A stretch of DNA of 64,000 nt from Phoronis australis (taxonomy: Eukaryota > Animalia > Phoronida). The stretch's first letter is position 1, and each line of letters opens with the position of its first letter. The translations under genes were made by a program, and so were the position numbers. Positions 51,600 to 63,600 of the stretch are shown here, piece after piece. The stretch lies in contig NMRA01000161.1 in NCBI GenBank assembly GCA_002633005.1, positions 262,101 through 326,100 on the forward strand, given 5' to 3'. Under the pieces are notes generated by a model that was not told the origin of the DNA, ran no database searches, and saw nothing but the letters and a program-made list of their open reading frames with translations.

Positions 51600-54235
51600 C
51601 TGAAATGGATGATGTAGCCTTAAACGCAGAATTAAGCCTGTCATCTGCCAAAGATGTACTTTTTTGGTCTCAATGTGTTCTTCCTTGCAGTGAGAAGTGA
51701 CTAATGGGACCATGCTCAGTACATAAACCGACACACCGAGACAAACCAACTTGAGTAGCCCGATCTTAAGTAATAACAAGCTATCAGTTTTTTCAAAGAC
51801 CTAAAAGCAACAGTCCTAATTTGACTCCACTTCATAATATTATGCAAATGGTATGAATCAAGAGTTGTTCTTTTTAAGATGAAAGGTGGGTTTATAGCTG
51901 AATGCACACCAAACTCCATGTTAAATGCCTATGTACTACAACCAGTTCACATAAAATGTCTTTGAAACAAAACATTACCCTCATCTTGAAATAATTTTGA
52001 ATTAGATACTAAATGTATATTCGCAAATGTGACAAATACTTCAGGTACTTAATGGAAGGCTTTAGGGAAAAACCACGAACCTCAAACTACAGCCTCTACT
52101 TTGTGTTACAGTGAGCAAGTGTTTTAGCTGCACAATGCATACCTTTCTGGGCACACTACACACATTAATTGGGCAATAGCAGGTAATAGAAACAGCCCAT
52201 GTGAAATCGTTTGGCATTTTAAAACCAACTTGCTATGTTAAAGTAAAATCCACGTTGTGACAAGGTCCAAGAATAATTTGCTTTCTGATGAACACCGTCC
52301 TCCAAAAACACTCATACTACTGTTCACAAACTGCACAACATGCCATTTCTGCACAGAGGTGATCCAGGAAATTGTGAGGCAATCACTAGTAATAACAAGA
52401 ACAGATCTAGCTTTGTGATTTCATGATACTGTTTCTTCAATTTTGTGTTTTGGTGATCGGTTTGGATTCAGAGTTTTGAAGTTTCCTGGGATCATTCTTT
52501 TATATAGCAGCTATACAACTGGGTTTCGCGGAAACACATTCTTGGTTTAGATTACTTTTGATTAAGACCACTTACTGACTATAAAATTTTACTTCAGTTG
52601 CTCAGATGAGAAGTGATTTCTGGGTTAGCAAAGAGCTGATATTTCGTTATTATTTGAGACCATTCTTGGCATGTTGTGACAAGCAAACTTGAAGTGCATT
52701 CAACAAACTGTCTGGAACAATTTAAGACATCACATTTCCTTATGGTAAATTGTCTAAATAATCAAACATTTTTGGGACAGAAGATGGGTTAACAATAGTC
52801 ATTTTAAAAGACCACATCAGTCTTCAAGACAAACTTGTTGTTTTAAGCCATCACACAAGTCTATTACTTAATAAAAGATGCAACCTCATTGTCCCTACAA
52901 ATGAAATGTCAAATAAGAGCACAGAAAACAGCAAAATATTTAATTGATATCTTTGTGTTCAAGTTGTGCACATACAAAGAAAACAGTACCTTCAAGGTGT
53001 GCTTTATAAACCCATAATGGTATGTTATTTTATAAAATATATGATACAATCTATTCAGATGATCCAATGTACAATAAATACATTGAAAACATGTTAGCAT
53101 TTTTCAGGAATGCTAAAAACCCATAACTAAGTATTTCTTTGTTTCAGTAACCACTTACCAGCACAGGTCTCTTAGTTAGAGGCACGGATAGGAGAGCAAT
53201 GGAGTGAAGAATGTGATACCTATAGGCGGTGTCATATATCTGAAATGTGAAAAGTAAAAAACACTCTACCAAAGGACTTCCTAAAACCGCTCTGTGTTAC
53301 TATAATTAAAATCTCTTGGTCTATTTACACCGACCTCTTGTCTATTTGTAAATAGACAAGAGGTCGGTGTAAATAGACTAAGAGAGTTTAATAATAGTAC
53401 TCTAACAAATGTTGTGCACTATGATGGTAGTCATGGCTCGTGTAATTTTCGATGCTTTAATCATTAAGGGGAACAAGTGACAACGAGATTGACTTGAATT
53501 CGTGTTTTGCATACCATGGCATCATAGTGAAAAGCCAACTTGTTTCAAGTTTCACACCCACTCCTCTCAAAAAGGAAACCAAGCCTCAGGTTTTGGTCCG
53601 GTAACAGGTACGATGGCTTTCCCATCCAGTTTTACGAAACAAAATAATGCTCTGAAACTCTCAACAACCCTAAAACATATTTAGGCAAGAAGCAATTGAA
53701 CGATAGACTGCTGAAAGAAAAAGTTTGATAACGGGAACATTTCTTCGAGTTGGAAGGAATTAAATACATCAACGGCTTCAGTAATGTGTCACTCTATGCA
53801 CAAAACGTATTTATAACAATGTGACTCTGAAGGTTTAGGCAGTGTGAGTTATAACTCGCTTAAAAGTTTCCGGCGTATGAAGCTCCTAGGCAGGTGCTGG
53901 CAGGGCCCTGATTAGGGACACCAACTTGCCAAAAAACAACTCCACAGTTACATAATTATAACCGTATGAGAACTTATCAACACCTGTGCTAAATTACCCA
54001 CTCGATGTAGTTCATCCGACTCTGGGTTTGATTCACTTGGCCGAAATGCGTGAGCTCCGTAAGCGCCCATTATTACAGCTATTCCGCCAGACAGGCCGGC
54101 TACGCGAGTGAAAATGTTTCCTTGGTTAACGCCACCGTGAATTTCTCGGACGACAACTTCTCGCGAAGGAAGAAAACTCTGTAGCCAGCCACCTAGGCTC
54201 ACAGCTCTTTCGGCATCCACCTGTACCTTTGGCAT
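51456..54235 (-). CDS. TMEM256: Transmembrane protein 256 homolog (DUF423 family), 3 exons, ~152 aa
   Basis: complement(join(51456-51599,53159-53239,54002-54235)), all phase-0 GT-AG introns. Motifs RVAGLSGGIAVIMGAYGAH, TAYRYHILHSIALL, GMLVFSGTCYYHALTG, TPIGGLLLIASW. Minus-strand AATAAA at 51276-51281. Confidence 0.94.
53159..53239 (-). CDS. TMEM256: TMEM256 exon 2 (81 nt)
   Basis: catttcag|IYDTAYRYHILHSIALLSVPLTKRPVL|gtaagt. Confidence 0.92.
53298..53399. repeat. ~100-bp near-perfect palindrome in TMEM256 intron 1
   Basis: Arms 53313-53347 and 53350-53384 have one mismatch and extend imperfectly to tactat...atagta. Confidence 0.9.
54002..54235 (-). CDS. TMEM256: TMEM256 exon 1
   Basis: MPKVQ...FTRVAGLSGGIAVIMGAYGAHAF...ELHR|gtgggt. 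The start codon choice is inferred. Confidence 0.85.
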
Positions 54236-54641
54236 GACAGGTGATACTTTTAGATCTTGTTGTATGATGCCAGGCAGGCATACAACGAATGTCCAAATTC
54301 TCGTTTCACTCTTTTTAGAACTTCCGGCTGTTTGTTTTGGTCTCGCGAAAGTTAACCTTCGATCCTGCTCAGAACTTGCGAACAATTTAACTCATTTTAG
54401 TATATTTTAGTTCAAGATAGGATTATGTGATATTTTTACTGAAATATTACATTCCACATACGATGGAATCTGTTACTTACAAACGATTTGTTTTATGTGT
54501 GGGTTGTGAGACTATTATCGTTCTTTAGAGTTTGAAGAGAATAAAAATGATATACGACAAAGAAAAGTTTTTGAGCTGATCATTCCGTATACTTTCTCAG
54601 TTTCAATACATCTGTCTGAAAGCATTGCATTTAGTTGTGCA
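54236..54641. promoter_or_regulatory. Bidirectional promoter region shared by TMEM256 and C16orf87-like
   Basis: Divergent start codons ~406 bp apart. ETS-type ACTTCCGG at 54320-54327 and TCTCGCGAAA (one mismatch to the TCTCGCGAGA promoter motif) at 54341-54350. Confidence 0.7.
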
Positions 54642-54677
54642 ATGGTTTACAAGAGGTGCCCTGAATGCCAGCAATGG
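54642..54677 (+). CDS. C16orf87: C16orf87-like coding exon 1
   Basis: MVYKRCPECQQW|gtaagc. Confidence 0.88.
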
Positions 54678-57600
54678 GTAAGCAACGTTATAGCGGGTCA
54701 ATTCCATTTGGCCAGTTTTCGCCGTGATTTATAGCTGTAAATAAGTTTCAAAAAGTTGCCTTGATTGATTTGAAGATGACTCAGCCGGAGATTGTTCAGG
54801 ATGTCAAAGTTTATTGGTTAAAAACGTTCGTAATTTAGATTTTAAGCCACCATTAACCAATTATAGGTTAATTCAGTTGGTGAGCTGTACAATCTGGCGA
54901 ATCTACCATAGGCATTAACAATGGGTAACACTGAAGTTGAAGACTGTCACTGATTGGGTCAAGATGCTGGTAAACAGGACAATTTTCCACTTAGTGTTGT
55001 TGAGTCTCAGCTTCCTAGCTACACTTAGCAGCGTTTGAACAGCCACCTGTGACATTTGGGTGCCGAGCTAATGTTGCAGTGCCTAGTATTACCACAGGCT
55101 TCATTAGCTCTGGTCGTCCACAATACACTCTAATAATAAAATGTATGACACTTGGGACTTGGAAATTCATGGGAAATTCACTTCAGCCTTCCATATCAAA
55201 CACAAATTTCAATAAATTTACAAAACGCAAGGGATTCAACTAGATGAACTATTGTTCTTTCTCCTGGTAGCATTTACAGCGTCCTTCTCTGGACAATGAG
55301 TGTTTGCAACAAATTCACGTTTAAAACACAACCAACTGTTGTAGACGGGTCATGTGCGTCAGTTCAAGGCCAACCACAGAATTATCTGATTACTTACGGA
55401 TAAGCAGAATTAACCATCAGGATGTGTGAAATTTCGGGGTCTAGCAGCGTTCAACACACAGTGGTATCCAGCTACATTTTGAGGACAGTCTTCATACAGC
55501 TAGCTGGCTGGCTACATCATGACCCGTATCACACACAGTTTGTCCGGTGGTCATGTTCAGTCTCTGGCAGACCTGTTTCGTGGTAGACCGGTCATGTTTT
55601 CAGGTGCTTTGGTCTCACTTTCTGGTCCAGCGGTCCCATTTGATCCCCGTAGGTCCTGCTTTGCGGTGAGTCAGTCTGATTTGGGTCCATCAGTCATGTT
55701 GTTTCTCTCCCATGAGGTTTTGTAACAACAAACGTCAGGAATCAATTTCAATTCATGTGTTTTATTGTTGATCAGCAAACCAAATTTCTAGGCATGTATT
55801 TTATTTTGCCGAAGATGTCACATCTCCCAAAAGAATGTCACGATGTGAAGGAAATGGGCCGTGCACATAATTACACCCTACTCTTAGTCCTTTACCTTTC
55901 TTTAAGTAAAACACACCATGTCTCTTCTTTTCAGATTCCAGTGGCATGCAAAACTTGCCCATGTGGACATGCTTTTTCAGGGAGAAAATCAAGCACATCC
56001 AGCTTTGAAAAAAAAGGTAAAGACAATACTGACATCCTTTCCCTAACTATTTGTAAACGTTCATCTTCACTTTATCAAACTGATGAATTGTTGAAAACAG
56101 TTGAATGAGATTTGCTTTGTTTACAGTAGCTGAAGAAGTATCCCTGGAGCCAAAGCAAAGGAGGACAGAGAGAACTAAGCGACAGAGGCCAGACTTTTTT
56201 AATGCTCTGGAGTTTGAAACGCACATGCGAAAGGTAATCTATATGAGGAAATGATCGTGTATAAAATTGAATGTAAAAACTCACATAAAATGTTCAAGTT
56301 TTTTAGGGGCTGTACCATAAGAAAGAGGGTAAGCCACATGGAATAAATAATCAATTGGGTCCAGGATAAATAAAAGTTATCAATTGCTTTACTTTTAAAA
56401 ATGAAATATTGTGGGCTGTTATTCTTTGATTCACAATTTTGTCGCTTAGGGTATTTATCGTATGTTTCATCAATAAAATACATCAACACCACCTTAAAAA
56501 GTTTGGATGTGTTATCCATCTTCAGTTAAAATGTAGATCTGCAATCCATGGCGATAATGAATGACCTGTATTCAAGTCGTCGAGCATGAACGACCTCAGG
56601 TCACTTGGAGTTTGTTAGACGATCTCTTTTCTGGTTTCTATTTCCTCTTATTTGGTTTCCAGTTTCCTCTTTTTCATCTCTAAATTATCTTTATGTTGAC
56701 TTCATTCATGCAATAAATATTTTTTTTTGCTGTTAAATTTTACAACACAGAAAAATGTTTCTATCACATACATGTAGGCCTATTTATTTTTAAAACGATA
56801 TCTCAACTGGAAAATTTTCCTGTGTTGTTGTCATTGATCATTTCAAACCATGAGGTCAGCTAAGTCCTCACTCCTACAAACCATGCATGACTGGCATTTG
56901 CCAAAACGGTAATTTTAGTCGAATGGAAAGTGATGAGTTTTGCAGTTGGTCAGTAACAATCAATTTCCCATTATCCCACACAAGCTCCCCTATTGAAGCA
57001 GAAGCCAGATGGCACATTACCTGTCAGTCCTGTGCATGACTCGTAGATGGGGCCCTTACAATTTGTGCTAAACTATTCCGACTTCCATCTGTTTACTTTC
57101 TTTAGTGTTTTTAGTCATACTTGGATGTGTGCGTAGTGATTTTATCGTGATGTCCGGTGATTTTTATCAGGTGGTCAAACAAAATCTGAGGCTACATTGT
57201 GGACCTGCAAGTTACCAAATCGAGCCCTAATACTCCTTGGGACCCAATTAACACAAAGCACTAGGCTATCGTGTTTACTAGCATCCTTATCTTTATCATC
57301 TAAGTATGGCTGATTGGTGGTGTAGCTAGGGGGATAACCACAATTTTTGAAGGAAAGTGTCAAAGTATATATAGCGAACAGCATTTTTTATTTTTGATCA
57401 TGTCTGTGGTGGATCCCCCCAATCCTCTGATGCAGCTGTTGATGGGAATAGGGGAGTGAAAAATGCTTTCGTGCAAATGAGAATAATCAAGTGCATGTAT
57501 CAGTAGGTCTGGGTCAGTTCATATCATTAGTCCAGTACGTGTATCAGTAGGTCTGGGTCAGTTCATATCATTAGTCCAGTACGTGCATCGGTAGGTCTGG

Positions 57601-60600
57601 GTCAGTTCATATCATTAGTCCAGTACGTGTATCGGTAGGTCTGGGTCAGTTCATATCATTAGTTCAAGTGGCATTTCCCTTGACACATTTCTGTTGCTTT
57701 TACATCTTAGTGCTGTATTACACATATGAACAGTGTCTTACTGTTTTTGTACATCTGAAAGCTTTAAAAGTATATGTTTTTGCATTGCACAGTACGAAAG
57801 ATTTNATTAAACCAGATGTGACTAATTGCACATGACTGCCACCACTGTCGAATGTCTTCAATTCGTCAACAATACGAGCAGATGACCTGGTCCGCGTAGA
57901 AAGAATTTTTATCAACAATTTACAAGAAAAAACGTAACCCTGCATTCAGCATAATACCTAATCCGTAACACTACGATCGCCACAATTTGGTCATTACATT
58001 TCATGTTTCGAACCTAGTTTTCCGAAAAAAATTAAACCCTTTCGTCAGACAACTCTTTGGTGCCTTAACTTGTTCTCTAATGTAATTTTCTACGTCTCTG
58101 TGGTTAATTGTCGACACATCATTAAAATTCAATATCCCGGTTGGACTCGAAAGACCGGCTATTTAACTCACGCAACGTCTACTTTCGCTTTGTTTATCGC
58201 AGTGAGCCTCGCTTTGGATTTTAATGTCCGCCGCGTGAATAGAGCCTATGAGGTTTTGTAACAACAAACTTCAGGAATCAATTTCAATTCATGTGTTTTA
58301 TTGTTGATCAGCAAACCAAATTTCTAGGCATGTATTTTATTTTGCCGAAGATGTCACCATCTCCCAAAAGAAATTAGAATGTCACGATCTGAAGGAAATG
58401 GGCCATGTACATAATTACACCTTACTCTTAGTCCTTCACCTTTCTTTAAGTAAAACACACCGTGTCTCTTCTTTTCAGATTCCAGTGGCATGCAAAACTT
58501 GCCCATGTGGACATGCTTTTTCAGGGAGAAAATCAAGCACATCCAGCTTTGAAAAAAAAGGTAAAGACAATACTGACATCCTTTCCCTAACTGTTTGTAA
58601 ACGTTCATCTTCACTTTATCAAACTACTGAATTGTTGAAAACAGTTGAATGAGATCTGCTATGTTTGCAGTAGCTGAAGAAGTACCCCTGGAGCCAAAGC
58701 AAAGGCGGACAGAGAGAACTAAGCGACAGAGGCCAGACTTTTTTAATGCTCTGGAGTTTGAAACGCACATGCGAAAGGTAATCTATATGAGGAAATGATC
58801 TTGTATAAAATTGAATGTAAAAACTCACAAAAAATGTTCAAGCTTTTTGGGGGCTGTACCATCAGAATCGGTAGGAGAGGGTAAGGCACATGGAATAAAT
58901 AGTCAATTGAGTCCAGGATAAATAAAAGTTATCAGTTGCTTTACTTTTAAAAATGAAATATTGTGGGCTGTTATTCTTTGATGCACAATTTTGTCGCTAA
59001 TGGTAGTATCGTATGTTCCATTAATAAAATACATCAACACCAATTTAAAAAGTTTGGATGTGTTATCCATCTTCAGTTAAAATGTAGATCTGCAATCCAT
59101 GGTGATAATGAATGACCTGTATTCAAGTCGTCGAGCCTGAACGACCTCAGGTCACTTGGAGTTTGTTGGAAGATCTCTTTTCTGGTTTCTATTTCCTCTT
59201 ATTTGGTTTCCAGTTTCCTCTTTTTCATCTCTAAATTATCTTTATGTTGACTTCATTCATGCAATAAATATTTTCTTGCTGTTAAATTTTACAACACAGA
59301 AAAATGTTTCTATCACATGCATGTAGTCCTATTTATTTGTAAAACGATATGTCATTTGGAAAATTTTCCTCTTTTGTTGTCATTGATCATTTCAAACTGT
59401 GAGGTCAGTTAAGTCCTCACTCCTACAAACCATGCATGACTGGCATTTGCCAAAACGGTATTTTTAGTCGAACGGAAAATGATGAGTTTTGCAGTTGGTC
59501 AATAACAATTAATTTCCCAATGTCCCACACAAGCTCCCCTATTGAAGCAGAAGCCAGATGGCACATTACCTGTCAGTCCTGTGCATGACTCATAGGTGGG
59601 GCCCTTACAATTTTTGCCAAACTATTCCGACTTCCATCTGTTTACTTTCTTTAGTGTTTTTAGTCATACTTGGATGTGTGCGTAGTGATTTTATCGTGGT
59701 GTCCTGTGATTTTTATCAGGTGGCCAAACAAAATCTGAGGCCACATTGTGGACCTGCAAGTTACCAAATCGAGCCCTAATACTCCTTGGGACCCAATTAA
59801 CACAAAGCACTAGGCCATCGTGTTTACTAGCATCCTTATCTTTATCATCTAAGTATGGCTGATTGGTGGTGTAGCAAGGGCGATAACCTCAATTTTTGAG
59901 GGAAAGTGTCAAAGTATATGTAGCGGACAGCATTTTTTTATTTTTGGTCATGTCTGTGGTGGGTCCCCCTCAATCCTCTGATGCAGCTGTTGATGGGAAT
60001 AGGGGAGTTCAAAATGCTTTCGTGCAAATGAAAATAATCAAGTGCATGTATCAGTAGGTCTGGGTCAGTTCATATCATTAGTCCAGTACGTGTATCAGTA
60101 GGTCTGGGTCAGTTCATATCATTAGTCCAGTACGTGTATCAGTAGGTCTGGGTCAGTTCATATCATTAGTCCAGTACGTGTATCAGTAGGTCTGGGTCAG
60201 TTCATATCATTAGTCCAGTACATGTATCAGTAGGTCTGGGTCAGTTCATATCATTAGTCCAGTACGTGTATCAGTAGGTCTGGGTCAGTTCATATCATTA
60301 GTTCAAGTGGCATTTCCCTGGACACATTATTAGTGCTGTATTACACATATGAACAGTGTCTTACTGTTTTTGTACATCTGAAAGCTTTAAAAGTATATGT
60401 TTTTGCATTGCACAGTACGAAAGATTTATGACGTGGGTAAGGAAAGTATAACAGAAATATAGTGGCAGATGGATAAAGTTCCGTACCGATTTTTCTTGAA
60501 CATTCAGTGTATTTGCAGATTTTATTAATCATTCTTTTAACTTGCCATTCATAATGGAGTTGAATTGGTTATAGAAGCATAGAAAACCTGCAAAAAAGTA

Positions 60601-63600
60601 TTGAGCAGTAAATGTACAAAATGTTCAATATTCTGGCTGTCACCTTTTCTTTGCATAGTATTAAGGCTCTCTGCAGCTGACAAATGCCAGGCTCTGTGGT
60701 CTAATTGCTCCTTTAACAGTAGTTTTCCTGTGAATAAAAGATGGCAGTACTAGTTAGATGACAAGCGACGTGGTCTCTAGAAACTGTAGTTCCGGTGGTT
60801 GCTTTCATTTTTACTGTATCCTTTGTCAACAGAAGTGTCTACACTGATTGAATTTATTTAGACATCATTACAAACATGTAACAGCAAATGATAAGAAAAC
60901 AATCTAAAAATTAATAAAGTATTTTTTCATTACCAATAAAATTGATGACATGGTTTGCACAGACAAGCATTTAGCTTATTTTCGTCGTATCTAAATAAAC
61001 AATTGAAATAATTGTTAAATGTTAAGTGATGTGACATGGAAATGGTGTTACAACTGCACAAAGACAAATATCAAAACACAAACGCATGTACACTGTATGG
61101 CACAGCTGAGAGAAAGGTAAACAATTCCATTCCATTTCTATGATACGCATTTCATAAGTGTCAACACAAATGCATATATGGCACGGCTGAAAAAAGAGGT
61201 AAAATTAAGCAATTCCATGTTGATGATACACATTTTATAAGCTTCAGCAAGAGTTAGATGGTTTCACAATTGTGTACAGTATGTTGGAGATGTGTTCTTA
61301 CTCTTGCTTTGAATTGAAACTGAATAAAATCTGAATAATTTTGACGGAGAATAATTTTGACAGACAATTTGTTCCATCGTGGCGTGGCAGTCAAATTCAA
61401 ATGAAACTTGATTGTGAGATTTAACACAAGGCAGAGTGTTCTGGGTCACTGTCATATCTCATATTCTGGGCAGATGGTGTTGAAAAGTTTTTGTGTACCT
61501 AATACAGAGTGCTCACATTTGCTGTGACTTTCCTCTCGCGTTCTCTCCATTTTGTACAGGTATCCAGGAGAAGAACAGAGAGCAATAAGTCTGAGGATAA
61601 TTCTGAAACACCCAAGAAACAAGGACGAGGTCGACCTAAGGGATCAGGTACCAAAGCAAAGGCAGCCCCTGAAGGTACGACATATGTCTATAAAATGCTG
61701 CTGTGCGAACGTTACTGGAAACTGAGCACTATAAAATCTCGGGATGGTATGATCCACATTTTTAGGACCTCGGTTCGTTTCTGGAGAAATTCAGTAAATT
61801 CCATTCTTTTTGTCAAAATAATTTATGTTTTGTCAAATGATCCTTGCCTCAGCAAAGACAGACTCCAAACAGGTTCTGGACGAAGCCATTTTTGTTTTGA
61901 AACATGTGACTTCACAGTGCTGGCTAGTAACAAAACTTGTATTTTCGACCAGTTGGGGTAAAAAAATTTTATTATTATGATAAGATTCCAACTAATTAAC
62001 AAGCCTGAAGTGTTCATTTGTTCAGTATCTCAATAATACTCTTCAAAAAGTACAAAGAAGTCCAACTTTGTTTGGCACCTAACTGCAGAAATTGGAACTA
62101 AGAATCTGTTCGTATTGGGCCTTGGGATTCGCTCTCACGATTCGATGACAGTTGTTGAACCCTTGATAAATTGTGTAGTATCAAAAAATCTTATTTGATT
62201 TGACCACTTACATTGATAAGAATGGCTCAGTCAACCTGATGTTTTTACAGATTTGCCGTGATTTATGGATTACGGATGAACTGACAGTTTGTTATTATCT
62301 TCCTAAAACCACTTTGAGGTGGCAACATAAGTCTAAACTCGTCTGTTTATGCCCACTTTTAGCATATACACAACATTTCTATGTTGTAGCGTTCTTGGAG
62401 AAAACTAGTTTGGGTGTATGGTACACTCACAGTGGTTGTAGCGTTTTTGGAAAAACTAGTTTGTGTGTATGCTACACTCATGGTGGTTGACGAGGAGCAT
62501 TTTTAAATTTTTTTCTTGGCGCAAGCTGGGATTGAACTAGAGACTTTTAGATTGTTGGTCCAGTTCTCTAAGCACTACACCACGGGGTTGTCCCGGTACT
62601 TCGAGGTAAATAATGAGTCAACCTTTTCAGAAATAATGAAGTTTGTTATTGCTTGGAACCAAGCTCATTTGAGTCTAGCCAACTAACGTAGTCTGATCTC
62701 ATTCAATTACAAACTGTCGGTTCTTCTGAAGCCAGAAAAATAATCACTTCTTGTCTGAATGAGGAATAAGTTAAGACCAAATTTGTTACAATGTGTGACC
62801 ACATGTTAGTTGACATGACAGGAGATGGGATTACATGTAGCTTAAGAAAGACAGTATAATCTAACCGGTGAATTATATTTGTCAGTTTTTTGCCTTGAAG
62901 TTGTTAGATTTATGCTGCCAATAATGTTTATAGAACAACATTAATTTGCACCTATTACCATTCGAAGTAGGCTTTAGGGTATCAAACGTCTTTGACCAAG
63001 TGACTCATTTACTCAATGTACAGGGTCAGACAATTGGTATGTGAGACCTGGGCCCGGTCTCCAATCTATTTACTCGAAATGGAACTCGAAATTAGGTTTG
63101 GCATTTTCTACTCTACTTTTGGGCGAAATCAAGATAAGTGTCTATTATTCTATGCTCGAGTACACAATAACCTACGTAGATAATTTATTGCCCTTAGTTC
63201 ACAGTTTGTAAACCCAATATTAAAGCAATAAGTTCGAGTTTGAACTCGAAAATTCGAGTTTTTACTTGAGTTTGTAGCACGAATATAAGGGTCTTCAAGG
63301 GCAAACTTGAACTAGAAACTCCAATGCATAAATTATAATGTATTCGAGCACAATCTGATAACCAATTATCTTAAGTTTGCACAAAAGGAGCAGAGAAATT
63401 GCCAAAAATAGTTTCGAGTTCGTTTCGAGTACACAGATTAGAGACCGGGCCCTGAGCACTGTATTTGGTGGATGTGTAGGATGAAGGTTGTCTACAAATA
63501 AATCAACTTTTTGAGCTTACAGATAGACCTAATGATTCTCACATGCAAATGTTGTTGCTCGTATTCAATTATGCCAATGTTTGCTCAGTTCCAGCAGGTG

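Noticed and set aside
57496-60304. Regular 44-bp repeats as a CRISPR array
   Set aside because: Units are contiguous with no unique spacers, there are no cas genes, and the context is a eukaryotic intron.
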